A stretch of 63,825 nt of DNA, counting the filler, from Choristocarpus tenellus KU-1152 (Eukaryota; Protista; Phaeophyceae), in NCBI GenBank assembly GCA_964200185.2. It is 12 parts of 12 records of this genome, joined end to end, with 100 filler letters (N's around TTAATTAATTAA, not from the genome) between each part and the next. Parts side by side here need not be neighbours in the genome. Positions count along the whole stretch, not along the records: positions 17,362 to 23,443 come from CAXNAD020008981.1; positions 23,544 to 28,947 come from CAXNAD020010896.1; positions 29,048 to 32,984 come from CAXNAD020017046.1; positions 33,085 to 36,747 come from CAXNAD020018651.1; 8 more parts are not named here. One strand, written 5' to 3'. How positions within the stretch are numbered: position 1 is the first letter of the stretch; each line of letters begins with the position of its first letter. A program made the position numbers and the translations under genes. This document shows, in pieces, positions 22,301 through 34,599 of the stretch. The notes beneath the pieces were generated by a model. It had not been told where the DNA came from, made no database searches, and worked only from the letters and a program-made list of their open reading frames with translations.

Positions 22301-24699
22301 AACATTTTGCTGAAGTCATGAAGGTGTATCGCTTTCAAGGCGCCTTGCTTCCCTCAGTCACACACACACACACACATACACGTACATTCTTATCATTGAT
22401 GGCTGAGTAGAACATCCTTTGCTGGAAGTAACCTAGAGCTATCAATAGTTCACCACGGTCAGACACAGCGCATCTAGCACAACTCCTTGCGCAATACCTG
22501 TTTACGCCTCTCTACAGGTATGCATGTATGCACTACTACATGCAGTACGCATGATGAATGACTTTAGGTCGGCAGTAATTACTTGGACACTCTTGTTTGC
22601 TCATGAATGGCATTTCCCATGTTCAGTATGATGTTGGAGCAAAGACCAAGATTGCAACCGTGTTGACGCACCTGTCAAGATTATATGAAGTATACTCAAA
22701 AACACAAGCACAGTAAACATGCATGGCAGGAGTAAAACCAGGTGAGGAAACAAATTTATCAACAAAGCACAGAGAGATGGGTCCTCTATTCACAGCACGC
22801 TTCCTTCACCTTCTCATGTAAGGATTTCTCTACCCCTCCACCCAATTCACATCACACAACAAAGAAAAATAACATAGAACCTCCCCCCTCCTCACCCCCT
22901 GTTGAATCTGTTCCACTTAGCATATTAAAACGGCACATGGTAAAACATTTCACTATGAAGCATAGTGGAGTACTATAACAGAAGTACATTCCACCAGCAG
23001 ATATTCATAGCTCCTACCCTCAATACCTCCATAACAATGTTGAAATGTGCCCCCTTTCAGAGGACCAAGACTCACCGCCTCATCCAAATGATGAAGAACG
23101 ACCAACAACAATACTCTTCCACAAGTATAAGACATGTCTTGACTGCAGGATTTCCAGATGGAGTTGACCTCTGAACACACCACAAAATGGCTATGTAAGA
23201 TTGAGATTGATCAATCCAACAATCAGACTCAGCTTGGAGTTCTAGAAACAAATCCAAATGTGTGAAAAGCTGAACCATTGAAGCCAAACAAAAAAGTATA
23301 TTCACTAACCAACCAACTTTATACCCTGTGTGGAAACCACTTCCGAGAGTAAACCTCCCCATAGCCATGTCACTCCCCTCCCCCCCCCCCTCACCTTTAT
23401 CGTACCATATACTCCCACTTCACATGTAACAAGCACAACAATGNNNNNNNNNNNNNNNNNNNNNNNNNNNNNNNNNNNNNNNNNNNNTTAATTAATTAAN
23501 NNNNNNNNNNNNNNNNNNNNNNNNNNNNNNNNNNNNNNNNNNNGTGCAGTGCACCAATCAACAGTGAGTACAAGCTGGTAGTATGTGTATCATATCAACA
23601 AGAAACAAATGAGTAGCCTATGTTTTAACAGCGAACAGGCCCATCACCTTCAACTCCCCAAACTCCACTTGCTCGGGGAAAGTTCGAGAAAAAACGCCCC
23701 CGCGCCAATTCCTGGAACCTATCGTGCGTTTCAGGGTTGTAATGCCAAATCCAGGATGGCATGTAGTACTGAACGTTGGATATTTAACCCAGACGGTGAA
23801 AAGTACAAACCAGACTATCAACCCCGCACATTTTCCCGCACCACCACAAAGCCCACAAATGGGATTATGGAAGAATTTTTTGCAGTCCGTACTACTGCCT
23901 CTTTGTCAGCACAGGGCTCAGGGGAGGAATCTACTCCCCAAGATCATGATACCTCTGGGGCTTCAGGGGTAAAGGGGAAAGGCTGCAAGCGTGTGTGTGT
24001 ATGGATGCCCAACAGAGGTAGTTCCCTCTTTTGTAGGTTCAGGTTCAGATTTTATTAGTAGGGCTGACATTTTAATATGAGTTTATCAAATTGATTTCCT
24101 GCCCGGTAGTGGAAAATTGTGTTACAAGAACCACTCAAATAGGCTAAGCAATAAAAGACATGGATAGGCAACACATCCAGCTTGCAATTTTTCTTTGGGA
24201 TCCGACCCAGAAGTTAACACCCAAGTTATCATATAAACTGGCCACTTGATTATGAATTTCAACAACCACTGTTCTCAAACACATCTTTCTAACAATTCCT
24301 TGGGCTCCAGCCCTGCAATGGAAACCCCTACAACAGCTGTCCACTCAAAATAGCCAAATTACAATCCACTGCCTCAAACACAGTTTGCATTCCAGCCGCT
24401 GATAAGATTTCTCCTATTGTGGCAGAGTCCATTATCAAGGCAAGCATGGACGTCATCAACAACAAGCATCACCGCTCTCCACGGAAGGACGCCATAGTCA
24501 GTTGGTGTTCAGTTGTTTGGGAAGAGGGTGGATCTTGCCTAGTCAAAATTACCCACCCTTCTAATCATAGCACGAGTTGATCAAATCCAAACCCTTTCTG
24601 AAGCACAGAATAGTACCATAGGGACTGATCCGATTACTCCAAAGGAGCTAAATAAAGCCTGTGATGAGTTAAAATAAGTTTTCGGTAATAAAGCCCTGG

Positions 24700-25800
24700 T
24701 AGGTACAGTGTTATCTGATAATGAACAAAAGGACTCCTTGACCATGTCGCTAAATATGGACCTCTATTTTTACCCAATTTTAAGGAGCTAGGCTGTTCCA
24801 ATAACGCCAATGATGAATTTCCACTCTAACCAGGTACAGTTCCTGCGAATCGCCCAGACTATCGAACCGCACCTTAATATACGTGAAACACTCCATAATT
24901 GTATGGAGGACATGGAAAAACAGGAGATATATCACAACCCTCCTCAAGTCCTTGAGCGTCACTGGTAACCAGATAGTTACAAAATCTGATGGGTCTCCTC
25001 GATTCTGTGTAGACTTCAGGCTCTCACTGAACAAGCATTTGGTACGTCATTCCTGGCCGTTACCATCAATGGAAGATTGTTTGGGTAAATTAAGGTGAGC
25101 AAATTACCTGTCATGTCTCGATGTTCATTCAACCTACTGTTTCTGGCGAATAGCGCGAGTATTTCTTCCCGCGCTCTAACGAGTGCGAGCGGTGTACGCG
25201 TGTGGGGAACTCTAAAAGGGGGAACTTCGATTTGCTAAAAGTTGCAGCGTAAGATCTGTAACTTGGGAATGTATGCAACGGTTCTCAGATGCATTTCAAT
25301 GTCTGTAAACCGAAATATAAATAAATTGGTAAATGATGAAAAAGATACCCACATGGCTCACTCTTATCTGATACCAATTCCCATATTCATGCTTACTGAT
25401 TCATAAGGATACCCTTATCTGCTAATTGTACATTTTGACTATCGGAGTATCCTGGGAACCTTGTACAAGCAACAGCGTCATCTATAGGCCTGTGGATGGG
25501 AGCTATACATCCTGTGGAGGAAAGCTTTTAGAGCGTGCTGTGTAACACTACTGGTAGGTACCAATCACCAACGCCTGCGAATGCCAAAAAGCTGCTATCA
25601 TTACACCGGATGGGAAATACGAATTGAATCGGCTACCCTTTGGTGTTGCTAATGTACCATGGATATATCAACGCTTCATGTTGGAAATTATTTCGACTCT
25701 ACGACCGAGTATGAACTTATTGATATATGTTGATGACATTGTACTAGCCTCCCCAACGTGGAACCATCATATCCAACTTCGTGAGAGTGTATAGTCCTTA
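24700..25800 (+). mobile_element. Decayed Ty3/Gypsy reverse transcriptase
   Basis: KSDGSPRFCVDFR, WPLPSMED, LDVHSTY|W*VPI (split by an LTR), RLPFGVAN, YVDDI. Confidence 0.88.
25138..25547 (-). mobile_element. Solo LTR (410 bp) nested in the Gypsy RT
   Basis: TGTT...AACA termini with a 4-bp TSD CTAC (25134-25137 and 25548-25551). Removing it restores the RT YW motif. Confidence 0.85.
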
Positions 25801-26084
25801 CAAGAGCAACTAAGAAGTCATCCCTATCTCTAACCAAGAGTACAGTAAATATGCAGTAGATAATTTACAACTGGCAAATGAACTAGCTAGACAGAACATT
25901 GGTGAAGTGACCTTGTGCAACAAATCCGAGGTCACTGAACATACCATTCCTACTTTACTTTTCTCATGAATTCTGGATTTATACATTTTCATCGTCTTAG
26001 TCTTCCATCCACTCTCCTCCTCCTCAACCACATTAACATCACTTCTTCCTTCCCTCCCCACACTACCCTTGTTACCCCATGGAC

Positions 26085-26470
26085 TATAAAGCCAAATTCG
26101 AATCTCCAGCCACCACCCAATACGACCAATTCTCCGTATCCAGTGACCAAATAGTACACCAATCTTCGCCACAGGTTTCCAGTCGTCAACCAATGTGACC
26201 AATTCCGTGTATCTAATGACCAACCAGTGCGACCAATTTTCGCTACTGATTTCCAGTCACCAACCAATACGGTCAATCCCACACATCCAATGACCAACCA
26301 GCGCAACCAAACTTCACCACTGATTTCCAGTCACCAACCAGTGCGACCAATCTTCGCCAGTAATTTCCAGTCACCAACCAATGCAGCCAATCCCGCCTAT
26401 TCGATGACCAACCATTGCGACAAATCTTCACCACTGATTTACAGTCACCAACGAATGCAGCCAATTTCCA
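26085..26470. repeat. Degenerate tandem repeat (alternating 33-40-bp subunits), with a related array at 32340-32560
   Basis: TTCCAGTCACCAACCAGTGCGACCAATCTTCGCCACTGAT-like units recur in both places. Confidence 0.8.
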
Positions 26471-28877
26471 TTAATCCCCTCGACCTTCCTCCACCGCACT
26501 CCACCGTACTCCACCGCACTCTACCACACTCCACCTTTCTCCACATAGAAAGTAATTCTTGTGTTCCCTTAGCCACCTGTACCTGAGTTGTGAGCGATCA
26601 AATTGTTGGTTACTTCTGTAACTGAAAGCAGCGACTACAACCCAAGAGAAGACAAACAAACAGTAACAGCATCAACAGACAAGAAGGAGTATATGAATAA
26701 GGTGGAGCCTACTCTACGGAAAATCGAGAGACATGGAACATACCACAGTATCGCTGCCAGTACCACAGCATAAAATCTTGAGGTCTTCCCCATATTAGAG
26801 GGAGGCTCTGCAGACATGTTCTGGGGCACAGGTCATTGGTGCGACCCGATGGACACAGTAAGGCTGCCCATACTCTTACATAGCCTCAAGGTCGTAAAGA
26901 GAAACCATGAAGCCATGCACTTGAGTACAAGCCATTGCTGCGACCTGTAAAACGACCTGCACTCTATTACAAAGCCCCAAGGTCGCAAAGAGAGACACTG
27001 AAGCAGTGGTCTCAAGTGCAGATCATTGATGCAAACCAGTGCAGACAATAAGGCGATCTGCCATCTATTATAAGCCTCAAGGTCATAAAGAGAGACCCTG
27101 AAGCCGAGATCTCAAGTGCAGTCCATTGATGCAAACATGATTGAATTCCCTAACTCATGGTTGCAAGGTCTGCTCCTCGCTGAGGGTGTGGTCTCTGAGA
27201 CACAGGTGTGACGATGCAGACCCTTTCCCCCCAATTCGAGAGAAATTGAGATGAAGATGAGTCCATGACATACCCAGGAACTATCAATAATCCCATGTGA
27301 AAAGCTGTGTATTCTCTCCAGTGTGAAGGGGCAAGGTAGGATTCCCATGTTACAAAACCCTTGGCAAGCTTACGATGATGGGGTGTATAGCTCCAGTCCA
27401 CAAGCCTTTTGGCCGAGGGCAAGGTTCGTAGAGGGCGCCATAAAGGAATCATGTTCAGTTATAGTGGATCTCTCACCTCAATTATTCACATTATTGCTTT
27501 GATTGGGATATACAGAAAAGACTGAACAAACATTTACCTATTTCGGCATCATAATGACTCAATGATAAATGAATGGTGAAGTACAATATATAAAATCTAC
27601 GAATTTAAGGTTATAATGGTGTTTATGAAACCGCCATTAAGACCTAATGCCTATGACAGTAGTTGTGTGGTGTTCATTCTGTCTGTGGATAGTGTTGCTG
27701 ATGCATTATAGACACAACTGGTGGAGTAGAGCAGGGAAACTTGTTAAATAAGGTGATGTATCCCAAGGCTTACGAATATAAATTACTAAATAATTACATA
27801 GAGTTGGACAGGTTTTAGATTAAGGAGAGAGGGGAAGTGAGCCCTTCAGTCTTAAGGGGGGGGGTCTCTGCACCAAATCAATCCTATTCTGTGGAACACT
27901 AGTCACTGATCACAGATTTCTTGGCTGAATGTTTCCTTTGCCTGAACTCTTCCATATTCTAGTTCATTAACCCATACCTATCTTCTATTCTTCAGAATAC
28001 AAATATAGTCGCTTCCATAGTTGGTTGTTTCTTACATAATCTACTTTTACACGAAAATAGAATGCAATTGTTGACATACTTCACTGCTTTTCACTTTAAT
28101 TAAAAAACTAGTGCCTCAATAACTCTTATACATGTCAACAACACAAAAACCAGTCCCACTTCATTCTGCGCATGATAGCAGTGGAATGCGCATTGAATTG
28201 TTCCTTTGACAGCCCCTTTGTGAATAGATCCGCATGTTGGAACTCAATAGGAAAATATACAATTTCAATCTTTCGGACCCACTCCAACTAGCGTATATAG
28301 TGTATGGCATATCTATATGCTTTGTTCTCTCTCCACATACTTGTTCGTACTACGCTATTCATAGTCATAGATATAAGGGAATTTTGTGTAATGAATGAAA
28401 TATTTTTTGGACAAAGGATATAATTCTAAACGTAAAGTAAAACAGTATCAGAAAGGAGATAGATGAGAAATCTAGAACTTCTGAAGTTCTGGACGGAGGA
28501 TATCGTTTTAGGTGCCCCACCCCTGTGATGATCTCTTCATTTCTAAATCCTCAACAAACTAATACACTTACTAATCAAGACAGAAACATGTCAAGGGCAT
28601 GCCCTGGACTGAGAGAGTAATTATCTCACTCCTAGGAAGAAGCCCATGCCGAGAAGTGACTGTAGTGGACGTTTGAACACACCATACCAACCTAAACGTT
28701 CGGACTACTGTTCTCATATGGAGGTCAACAACTGACAACCCAGTCGGAAACCAGCCGCACGATCGATGCCACAACGTCCGCAATTGATCGTCTTGCGACA
28801 AAGGTTGTGACACTCAGAGAGATACTAACACGGATGCAAGAACAGTAGCTGCAAGAACAGCAGCTGCAACAACAGGA

Positions 28878-28947
28878 GAGTGAAAGTGTCTTAGAGGGTA
28901 CGAGTTTTGCCCTGTTTGTCCATTTGGGGCTTGGCTTCCCATGGGGT
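28878..28947 (+). mobile_element. MITE family A, left end truncated by the contig end
   Basis: GAGTGAAAGTGTCTTAGAGGGTACGAG..GTCCATTTGGGG. Confidence 0.85.
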
Positions 28948-29047
28948 NNNNNNNNNNNNNNNNNNNNNNNNNNNNNNNNNNNNNNNNNNNNTTAATTAAT
29001 TAANNNNNNNNNNNNNNNNNNNNNNNNNNNNNNNNNNNNNNNNNNNN

Positions 29048-29105
29048 ATGAAGAAATTGACCCCAAATGGACAGCCGCCACCCCCCCCCCCAGATACTTT
29101 CAGCC
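29048..29105 (-). mobile_element. MITE family B (poly-G TIR), terminal fragment
   Basis: CCCCAAATGGACAGCCGCCA-polyC-AGATACTTTCAGCC, the reverse complement of the start of 32808. Confidence 0.8.
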
Positions 29106-29110
29106 TTTCA

Positions 29111-29319
29111 GAGCAAAAGTATCTTAGAGGGTAGAGCCACGTTCATTTGGGGGCCAAAATCTAATGTTGCGGTTTGGATGTAATTTCGGCTATCGTGTTT
29201 GTTGGGAAGGTGTCAATATCCTTGCTCTGGACACACCTTTTCATAACTTACACATTTTACCTACTCCGAACTATTTTGGAGTAGGAAAATGTCATAAAAA
29301 CCCTGAGGGAAGCCAAGCC
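29111..29319 (-). mobile_element. MITE family A, truncated
   Basis: GAGCAAAAGTATCTTAGAGGGTAGAGCC plus the family A internal sequence. Confidence 0.85.
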
Positions 29320-29754
29320 TGATGGCATCTGTAAGAAGCAACACTGGGTACCTCTCATGGACTTTGACTCATAAAGCAAATATTCTCAATCCACAATGGA
29401 TTCAAACCCACTACTTTGTTCTAGCTGACTCGGGCTACCTCATATGAGACACGAACATTTGGTTCCCGAAAACCACAAACATACCCATACGGGGCAAATA
29501 GTATCAGGCTGTATGTAACTAATTCATAATTTGACTTCGAATTTTCATCAGGAATAAAGTGCCTACTAGTGGATATATTGGATGGCATACCCAACTTTTG
29601 ATTAAAATGCCTATTTTTCACATTTTCAACCTTCCATAAATATATTTCGAATCAATAAAATGTATAAGTTTGAATCATTACTGATTGGTTGGATCCAAAT
29701 CAAAATCAGAATACAGACATCCATGTGTAGCGTGAGAAAGGTCACCTGGAAAGA

Positions 29755-29998
29755 TGAAAGTATCTTAGAGGGTACAAGTTTTGCCCTGTTTGTCCATTTG
29801 GGGCTTGGCTTCCAGTAGGTTTTATTATGACATTTTCCTAGTATGAAATGCTTAGGAGTAGGTAAAATGTATACATTATGAAAAGGTGTATCCAGAACAT
29901 GGATATTGAAGTTTCCTAACAAACATGATAGCCAACATTACATCAAAATCACAACATTAGATTTTGACCCCCAAATGGACATGTGGCTCTACCCTCTC
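29755..29998 (+). mobile_element. MITE family A, end-eroded
   Basis: TGAAAGTATCTTAGAGGGTA...GGCTCTACCCTCT. Confidence 0.85.
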
Positions 29999-32807
29999 CC
30001 AACGAAAACCAATTTAGATTTTCAGGCACACAATTTTGATGAAACATAAGATCGGCCCAAGGATTATATCCACTTAGGTTCCACATAATGCTGATCATAA
30101 CTCTACTATTACATTTCAAATTTCTCCAAAAAAAAGTCATCATTAGGTTCAGAGGGATGTGGATGAATTGGGATCCAAATACTTTCTAATCGTATTGAAA
30201 CTTCACCTGAAGCACCTTGGGATAGTTTTCTGACATCACAGACAAAGGTAAGGTAGGGAACCAATGAAGTACATGTACTGTACAAGAGAAAGAGATTGAA
30301 GAAATAGGCAACACTACTGAATAAAATATTCAAGTGCAATGACCCCAACCCTCAAGCAAGCCATACACAAGCCAAATACAATCTCAGAACCTCCATCCTA
30401 AACTCAACACAAATGCAGACCTTAGCATTTACAGACTTGAGACCAGAAAGGTGCCAATCATACAAAAGTTTTAATTTTTTAAACAAAAGGTCAACATACT
30501 CAGATCTGCAACCCCAACTCCAAGCAATTAAATGGTTACAAAATCTTTGCAATATTGGAGAAAAGAACGACTGCAGCATAACAAAGCACAAGCACCAAAA
30601 ACAAAACATTAATGAGAGCTTGGTCAAAAATGCACTGTGTGTTTCTTGATATATCATGAAAATACCTCCATAGCCCATATATGTCCAATCCCATCCTTCT
30701 TCACGAGTTCCCAAAATAGGAAGCCAATGGTCAGAGCTGGAAAGACGGCCTGAGTCAGGGAGTTTCACCTGTGCTTCAGCAATCCATGATGCATGATCTC
30801 AGTTAGGTACAGAAGGATCCACGCAAGGGTCAATATTCCATACGCGATGTCTGTTGTTCAGGAGAGAGGGGACAGAAAGGCCACTAGAGTTCATTTGTGA
30901 TCAATGGATGTTGACAATTGAATAGAATGTCCAATCACCCACCACTTTAGAAAGGAAAACACAAGGAAATGAATGTTGATGATATCATAGGCCTGGAGCA
31001 CCTCTCATATTGGAATGGTAGGATGCAATAGCAGGGTTAGGGTTAGTGGGTCCACATGTTTGCAATTCAGATTACTGTTCGTCGATTATGAAATAGGTTG
31101 GCATGATCATGAAACCCAACATGGATCTTCGTTGAAAACAGTGCCCGTAGATAGTAGTATTGCACAAGCCTAAGCCAGTCAACTTAGAGTGCATCTTGGG
31201 TCATACATCTCAATTCCGCTATGTTCAAATTCGCACAATCGATAGGTGGGATATGTCTGCTCTACTATGTAACAGCACGGAGACTCCGGCCAATAAGCAT
31301 ATAGCACCAAGGGACACAGCTGCCATGTCAGAAATATCCACACTGAAGAGCAAAAGCACAACCCAGACTTCGACGGTTTTCCGCAACCGACTCAGGTATC
31401 ATGTTCAGAGAAGATCAATTAGCCAGCATTCTTTCAATTCCGCCAAGATAATGGTTGGTCACCGGAAAGGTGAGTAGTACCTGTACAAAGTGAGAAGCGT
31501 TCCTAGGGGAGCCTGGCGGCTACAGGTAGTGACTCATAGACAATACAGGCAATTTAGGGTACACTTACACTTGTGTGACTTATCGGCATCACCAATGAAG
31601 ACGTGGTAGGATCCGATACAGACACGGTAGACTATTTGCAGCGTATACAGCAGAATCTTGGAGAAGTGTACCCCTTGCCCTTCTTCCGTGTCACCTCGTG
31701 GTGGTTCTCATCGCAGATTCTTTCGTACCCATCCACTTCCTCTGTATCGCCCAATCCTGACTTACTCGCACCGCCCACCATCAACCCCGACAATCTCCCT
31801 GTTTTGTTACAACCCAATGCTTCACTAAGGATACCATCAGCGATAGATCCATACCCTTCACTGCTGCGTTTAGGAGATCTTTTGACGGGGACGAGGGTAG
31901 GTCGAAGGTAGGCAAGGGCTAGTAGGAACGAATACAGAAAGGGTACTACTGCATCGATTGTAACCACGGAGCAGTCCTCCTTAAGACTCCAGCACATGGT
32001 ACATGACATATCCTATCTCACTTAGGATTTCCTCCAATAACCCTATCTTTCACTGTTCAACCTTGGAGATAGACGAACTCAGTCAACACTCACTAATCCC
32101 TGTCCGCTCCATTTTGTGCTAGAATAAAATGAGTGTATTGATATAAGAGAGGTCGATGCAAAAGAAGTTGGGATATAAGAGAGAGTACATTCCCTCTCAC
32201 ACTTTACAGGTTATAAGAGAGGTTTCGGCGTTTTCTTACCAATTCTCTCTTATATCGAGCAACCTGGCATTTTGCTTTGCTCACAAATTCTGGATCAATA
32301 TTATATTGATATTTGTATTCCACCCATTCCCCACTGTGCCACCACTTGTGACCAACCAGTGCGACTTCTTCGCCACTGATTTCCACTCACCCCCGCCCCC
32401 AGCGATGACCAACCAAAGTGAACCTTATTCACCCTTGATTTTCAGCCACCGCCCACTCCTGCTGACCAACCAGCGCAAACCCCCTTCGCCACTGGTTTCC
32501 AGTCACCCCCCACATCTGATGACCAACCAGTGCGACCCATTCACCACTGATTTCCAGCCACCACCACACCCTTCAACCCCACTCAAACCCACACCACTTA
32601 CCACTTCACCACAACATTCAACACCACTTCCCCCCACAAGACCTTTACTCTCTTACCGCTTCCCAACCCCATTCAACACCACTTAACCTCCTCCAACACT
32701 TTCCCCCACTTTCCATTCCCCCAACCCACTCAACACAACTCCACAATCATCCAAGAAAACCCCTTCATCATCCACTTCATACCGTGCCTTTGAACTAGAA
32801 GACATAT

Positions 32808-32980
32808 GGCTGAAAGTATCTGGGGGGGGGTGGCGGCTGTCCATTTGGGGTCAATTTCTTCATGTCACAATTTTTGGGTGATTTGGTTGCATATGTCTGA
32901 TGGATAATGTAAACACACTTTTCCTGATTTTGACCCAAATGGACACCCCTGGCGTAGACCCCCCCCCCCCCCCCCCCCTT
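32808..32980 (+). mobile_element. MITE family B (about 180 bp, poly-G TIR), near-complete
   Basis: GGCTGAAAGTATCT-polyG-..GTCCATTTGGGG...GACCCAAATGGAC..polyC. Other pieces lie at 13595, 36848-36929, 41067-41260 (variant), 46539-46578, 46679-46709, 55392-55431, 59637-59725 and 63683-63825. Confidence 0.8.
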
Positions 32981-33084
32981 TCTGNNNNNNNNNNNNNNNN
33001 NNNNNNNNNNNNNNNNNNNNNNNNNNNNTTAATTAATTAANNNNNNNNNNNNNNNNNNNNNNNNNNNNNNNNNNNNNNNNNNNN

Positions 33085-33371
33085 GAAGGCATCTTGCAGA
33101 GGTTTCCCGCGGCATAAGGCATGGCTTCCACTTTATTCCCCTACCAGCAACGTACCGTACTGCTGTGTGGTCATGACTCAGGAAGAAAGGCACTTTTCGA
33201 AATAAAATTTTACACGCGCGCCAAACTCGCGTGAATATCTCCCCGAGTTAGTGCCAAGTCGCCCGAATACGAGAATTCCGGTACATCAGCCTATTTTTTT
33301 AGCATGTCGAAAAAAGCGGTACGAAATGGGGTTTGGTACATAATATTTGGCATAAAATCGGGGTAGGTACT
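33085..33371. mobile_element. End of a pogo-like non-autonomous element
   Basis: Terminates in ..GGTACTG followed by TA (CAGTA-type TIR and TA target). Similar to 8870-8945. Confidence 0.5.
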
Positions 33372-34599
33372 GTATATATATTGCACAGTTGAAGAACAAA
33401 GATGACTTAGGCATACATACACTTAAGTGATACACCATACGTATTTCTTAAGTATTTGTTCGTAGTCGTCCTCAACTGAAAATCTTTTTTGTGTTTCCTG
33501 TCCTCTATTTACAAATAATCTTCATATTTCAAACCCTTCACCATTGCATATATTATATATTTTTATGCTCTTTGACATTTTGCAGAGTGTCAGGCGAAGA
33601 GCCAATTCACTATCATAATGATCAATGTAAAAGTAACAGTTGTCGCAAGTGTTCAAGATTCTTTTCGAACATCTACTGACTATTTTACTACCAGCTAAGC
33701 TGCACCACTGCCCTCCTGTGCCTCCAACCTAGCTTAGTCATGCACCCTAGGGTGAGGACATAGGGAAGCATCCCAAGCATCCAACAAGCCCCTCCTGGCC
33801 CATCTCCCTGGTGTCTCCAGCTTAAAATGCTCGACATGTCTTGATAGATTCACCTGTATTGTGACAGACACTATATATCGTAAGCAGGATTTTGTAGATC
33901 CTTCCTGCTGTAGCCTCCCGTCCCTCTCCCCCCTACCGTGGGCATAGCCAACTAATCCAGAAAACGTTCTGTTGGCTTACTGAGCTGCCCAAACTTTCCA
34001 CCACGAAGGTGTTGAGGCCAAAACAACGAGGTTCAAAAGAGCCCTCGTAGTGGGTGTGCTTTCACGCCTCAGCTGCAGCAGCAGCTACACCATCATTGCT
34101 GGGGAATGAATGGGGTAAGTGGGAGGCTGCTTGCACTTCTGCAAACGTAACCTCTAGGAGGAGGCCTTTGTCCTGGTAGGGAGCTGATCCGGCGTCCACG
34201 AGTGGCCCAGTATGGGAGATCACAATTCATGCGGAAATTCCTGTCCACTGTGGATGAGCTACCGTCCTCCATAGTGCAAGGGATGCCCATTCCTTTGAAG
34301 AGTTGATCTAGATGCTTCACCATCGGTGTGTGTTAGCGGACCTGTCCTCCTGCCCTAGGCCAGGTACAAGCATGTCTAGTGTCCACATTATGCCTCCTGC
34401 ACCCAGTCACTAGGCACCTGTTGGATAGAGCCTCCTCCTTCCCTAGGGATCGCTGGCAGTGAATCTAAGCTATATGGGAGGGATCTGGCGTGCTTGTGCC
34501 AGAGATTGCGTGGAGGCCCATGTATTCGCCTCTTGTCCACACTGGCTCCGGTGGCAGGCCAGGGCTAGTGAAGAACCTTGCATACATTATTCTTCGATG

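Noticed and set aside
32156-32686. 176-aa Pro/Thr-rich ORF, and the similar ORFs at 25810-26586
   Set aside because: Produced by the minisatellite and low-complexity DNA.
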